A stretch of 64,000 nt of DNA, taken from positions 517,091 through 581,090 of the forward strand of contig CAJINV010000003.1 in the NCBI GenBank assembly GCA_905178155.1, in the 5' to 3' direction. The position numbers and the translations under genes were made by a program. Origin of the DNA: Amoebophrya sp. A120 (taxonomy: Eukaryota > Protista > Dinoflagellata). Shown piece after piece: positions 63,455-64,000 of the stretch (its first letter is position 1; each line of letters begins with the position of its first letter). The notes under the pieces are model-generated. The model saw nothing but the letters and a program-made list of their open reading frames with translations, had not been told where the DNA came from and made no database searches.

Positions 63455-64000
63455 ATGGAGCTGCAGCAAGACTGCGAAAAGCAAGATCATCAGGAAAAAG
63501 CAACTACAAGTACTGGTCGTGACAACCAGAACAACTACATGGACGAGGCGGGGCTTCAACCTGTCAATATTTATTCGGGACCCGCTACAAATATCTCGGG
63601 TCAGGAAGTAGCTGCGCTAGTGCACGACGAGAACCAAAACGAGCTGGACGACGCTCTTGAAGCCTCTGCAGCAGACGTGGGGCGCGAGGACGAGAAGTCC
63701 GGACGACAGCACAAGCTCGCGAAGAACGAAGTTTTTGACGCAACACGTAAACGACCCGTGGCGTCCTCCTCTTTTCCCATTCGGAAAAAAGAACCGCGTG
63801 GTTGTGGAGGTGCACTACACGACGAAATAGGAGCGGTACAACCTACTTCAGAGGAACTGCAAGACAACCACGCCGCCCCCGGTCCTGCCCGTAGTTCGGA
63901 AGACGAGGCAGCGCCGTCGCTGTCGGGCGAAATTGGGTCGGACGTCGAGGACAATTTTGTGAAGCACTTGGTGCACGAAAACACGTATTGGCAGAAGAAG
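63455..64000 (+). CDS. 5' part of a hypothetical protein running off the window
   Basis: ATG at 63455; frame open to the window end (MELQQDCEKQ...ENTYWQKK). Confidence 0.55.
   Translation, partial: MELQQDCEKQDHQEKATTSTGRDNQNNYMDEAGLQPVNIYSGPATNISGQEVAALVHDENQNELDDALEASAADVGREDEKSGRQHKLAKNEVFDATRKRPVASSSFPIRKKEPRGCGGALHDEIGAVQPTSEELQDNHAAPGPARSSEDEAAPSLSGEIGSDVEDNFVKHLVHENTYWQKK

Overview
Eukaryotic, gene-dense window. All ~16 host genes lie on the + strand: a coiled-coil protein, a DUF1295-like membrane protein, xylulokinase, SEH1, a class-3 lipase, PDX1, a PCNA-like clamp, an NCKX-type exchanger, a NEK kinase, a thioredoxin-like protein, a PRP38-family protein, ADAT2, an SLC35D-like transporter and several unknowns. 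Besides ordinary GT-AG introns, the coding exons are interrupted by 14 short (149-384 bp) elements. Each has TA...ATA termini, terminal inverted repeats (TIRs) and a 5-bp direct repeat (DR). Removing the element plus one DR restores the reading frame, usually without GT-AG ends. This architecture resembles the non-canonical introner elements reported in the parasitic dinoflagellate Amoebophrya; that taxon assignment is inference. Features I do not recognise as described: a TTTGTnATGC motif shared by families with unrelated TIRs, copies in both orientations, strong pairing of different families 48-91 bp apart, and DRs better conserved than TIRs. In addition, the lipase 3' end carries a 3.1-kb array in which the ~40-bp exon end next to an introner is repeated and separates unrelated DNA fragments, one of them a retrotransposon gag. 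Also present: a 5'-truncated RTE-like LINE inside an intron and a 2.85-kb 109/97-bp satellite. Coordinates were read by hand and no database searches were run.
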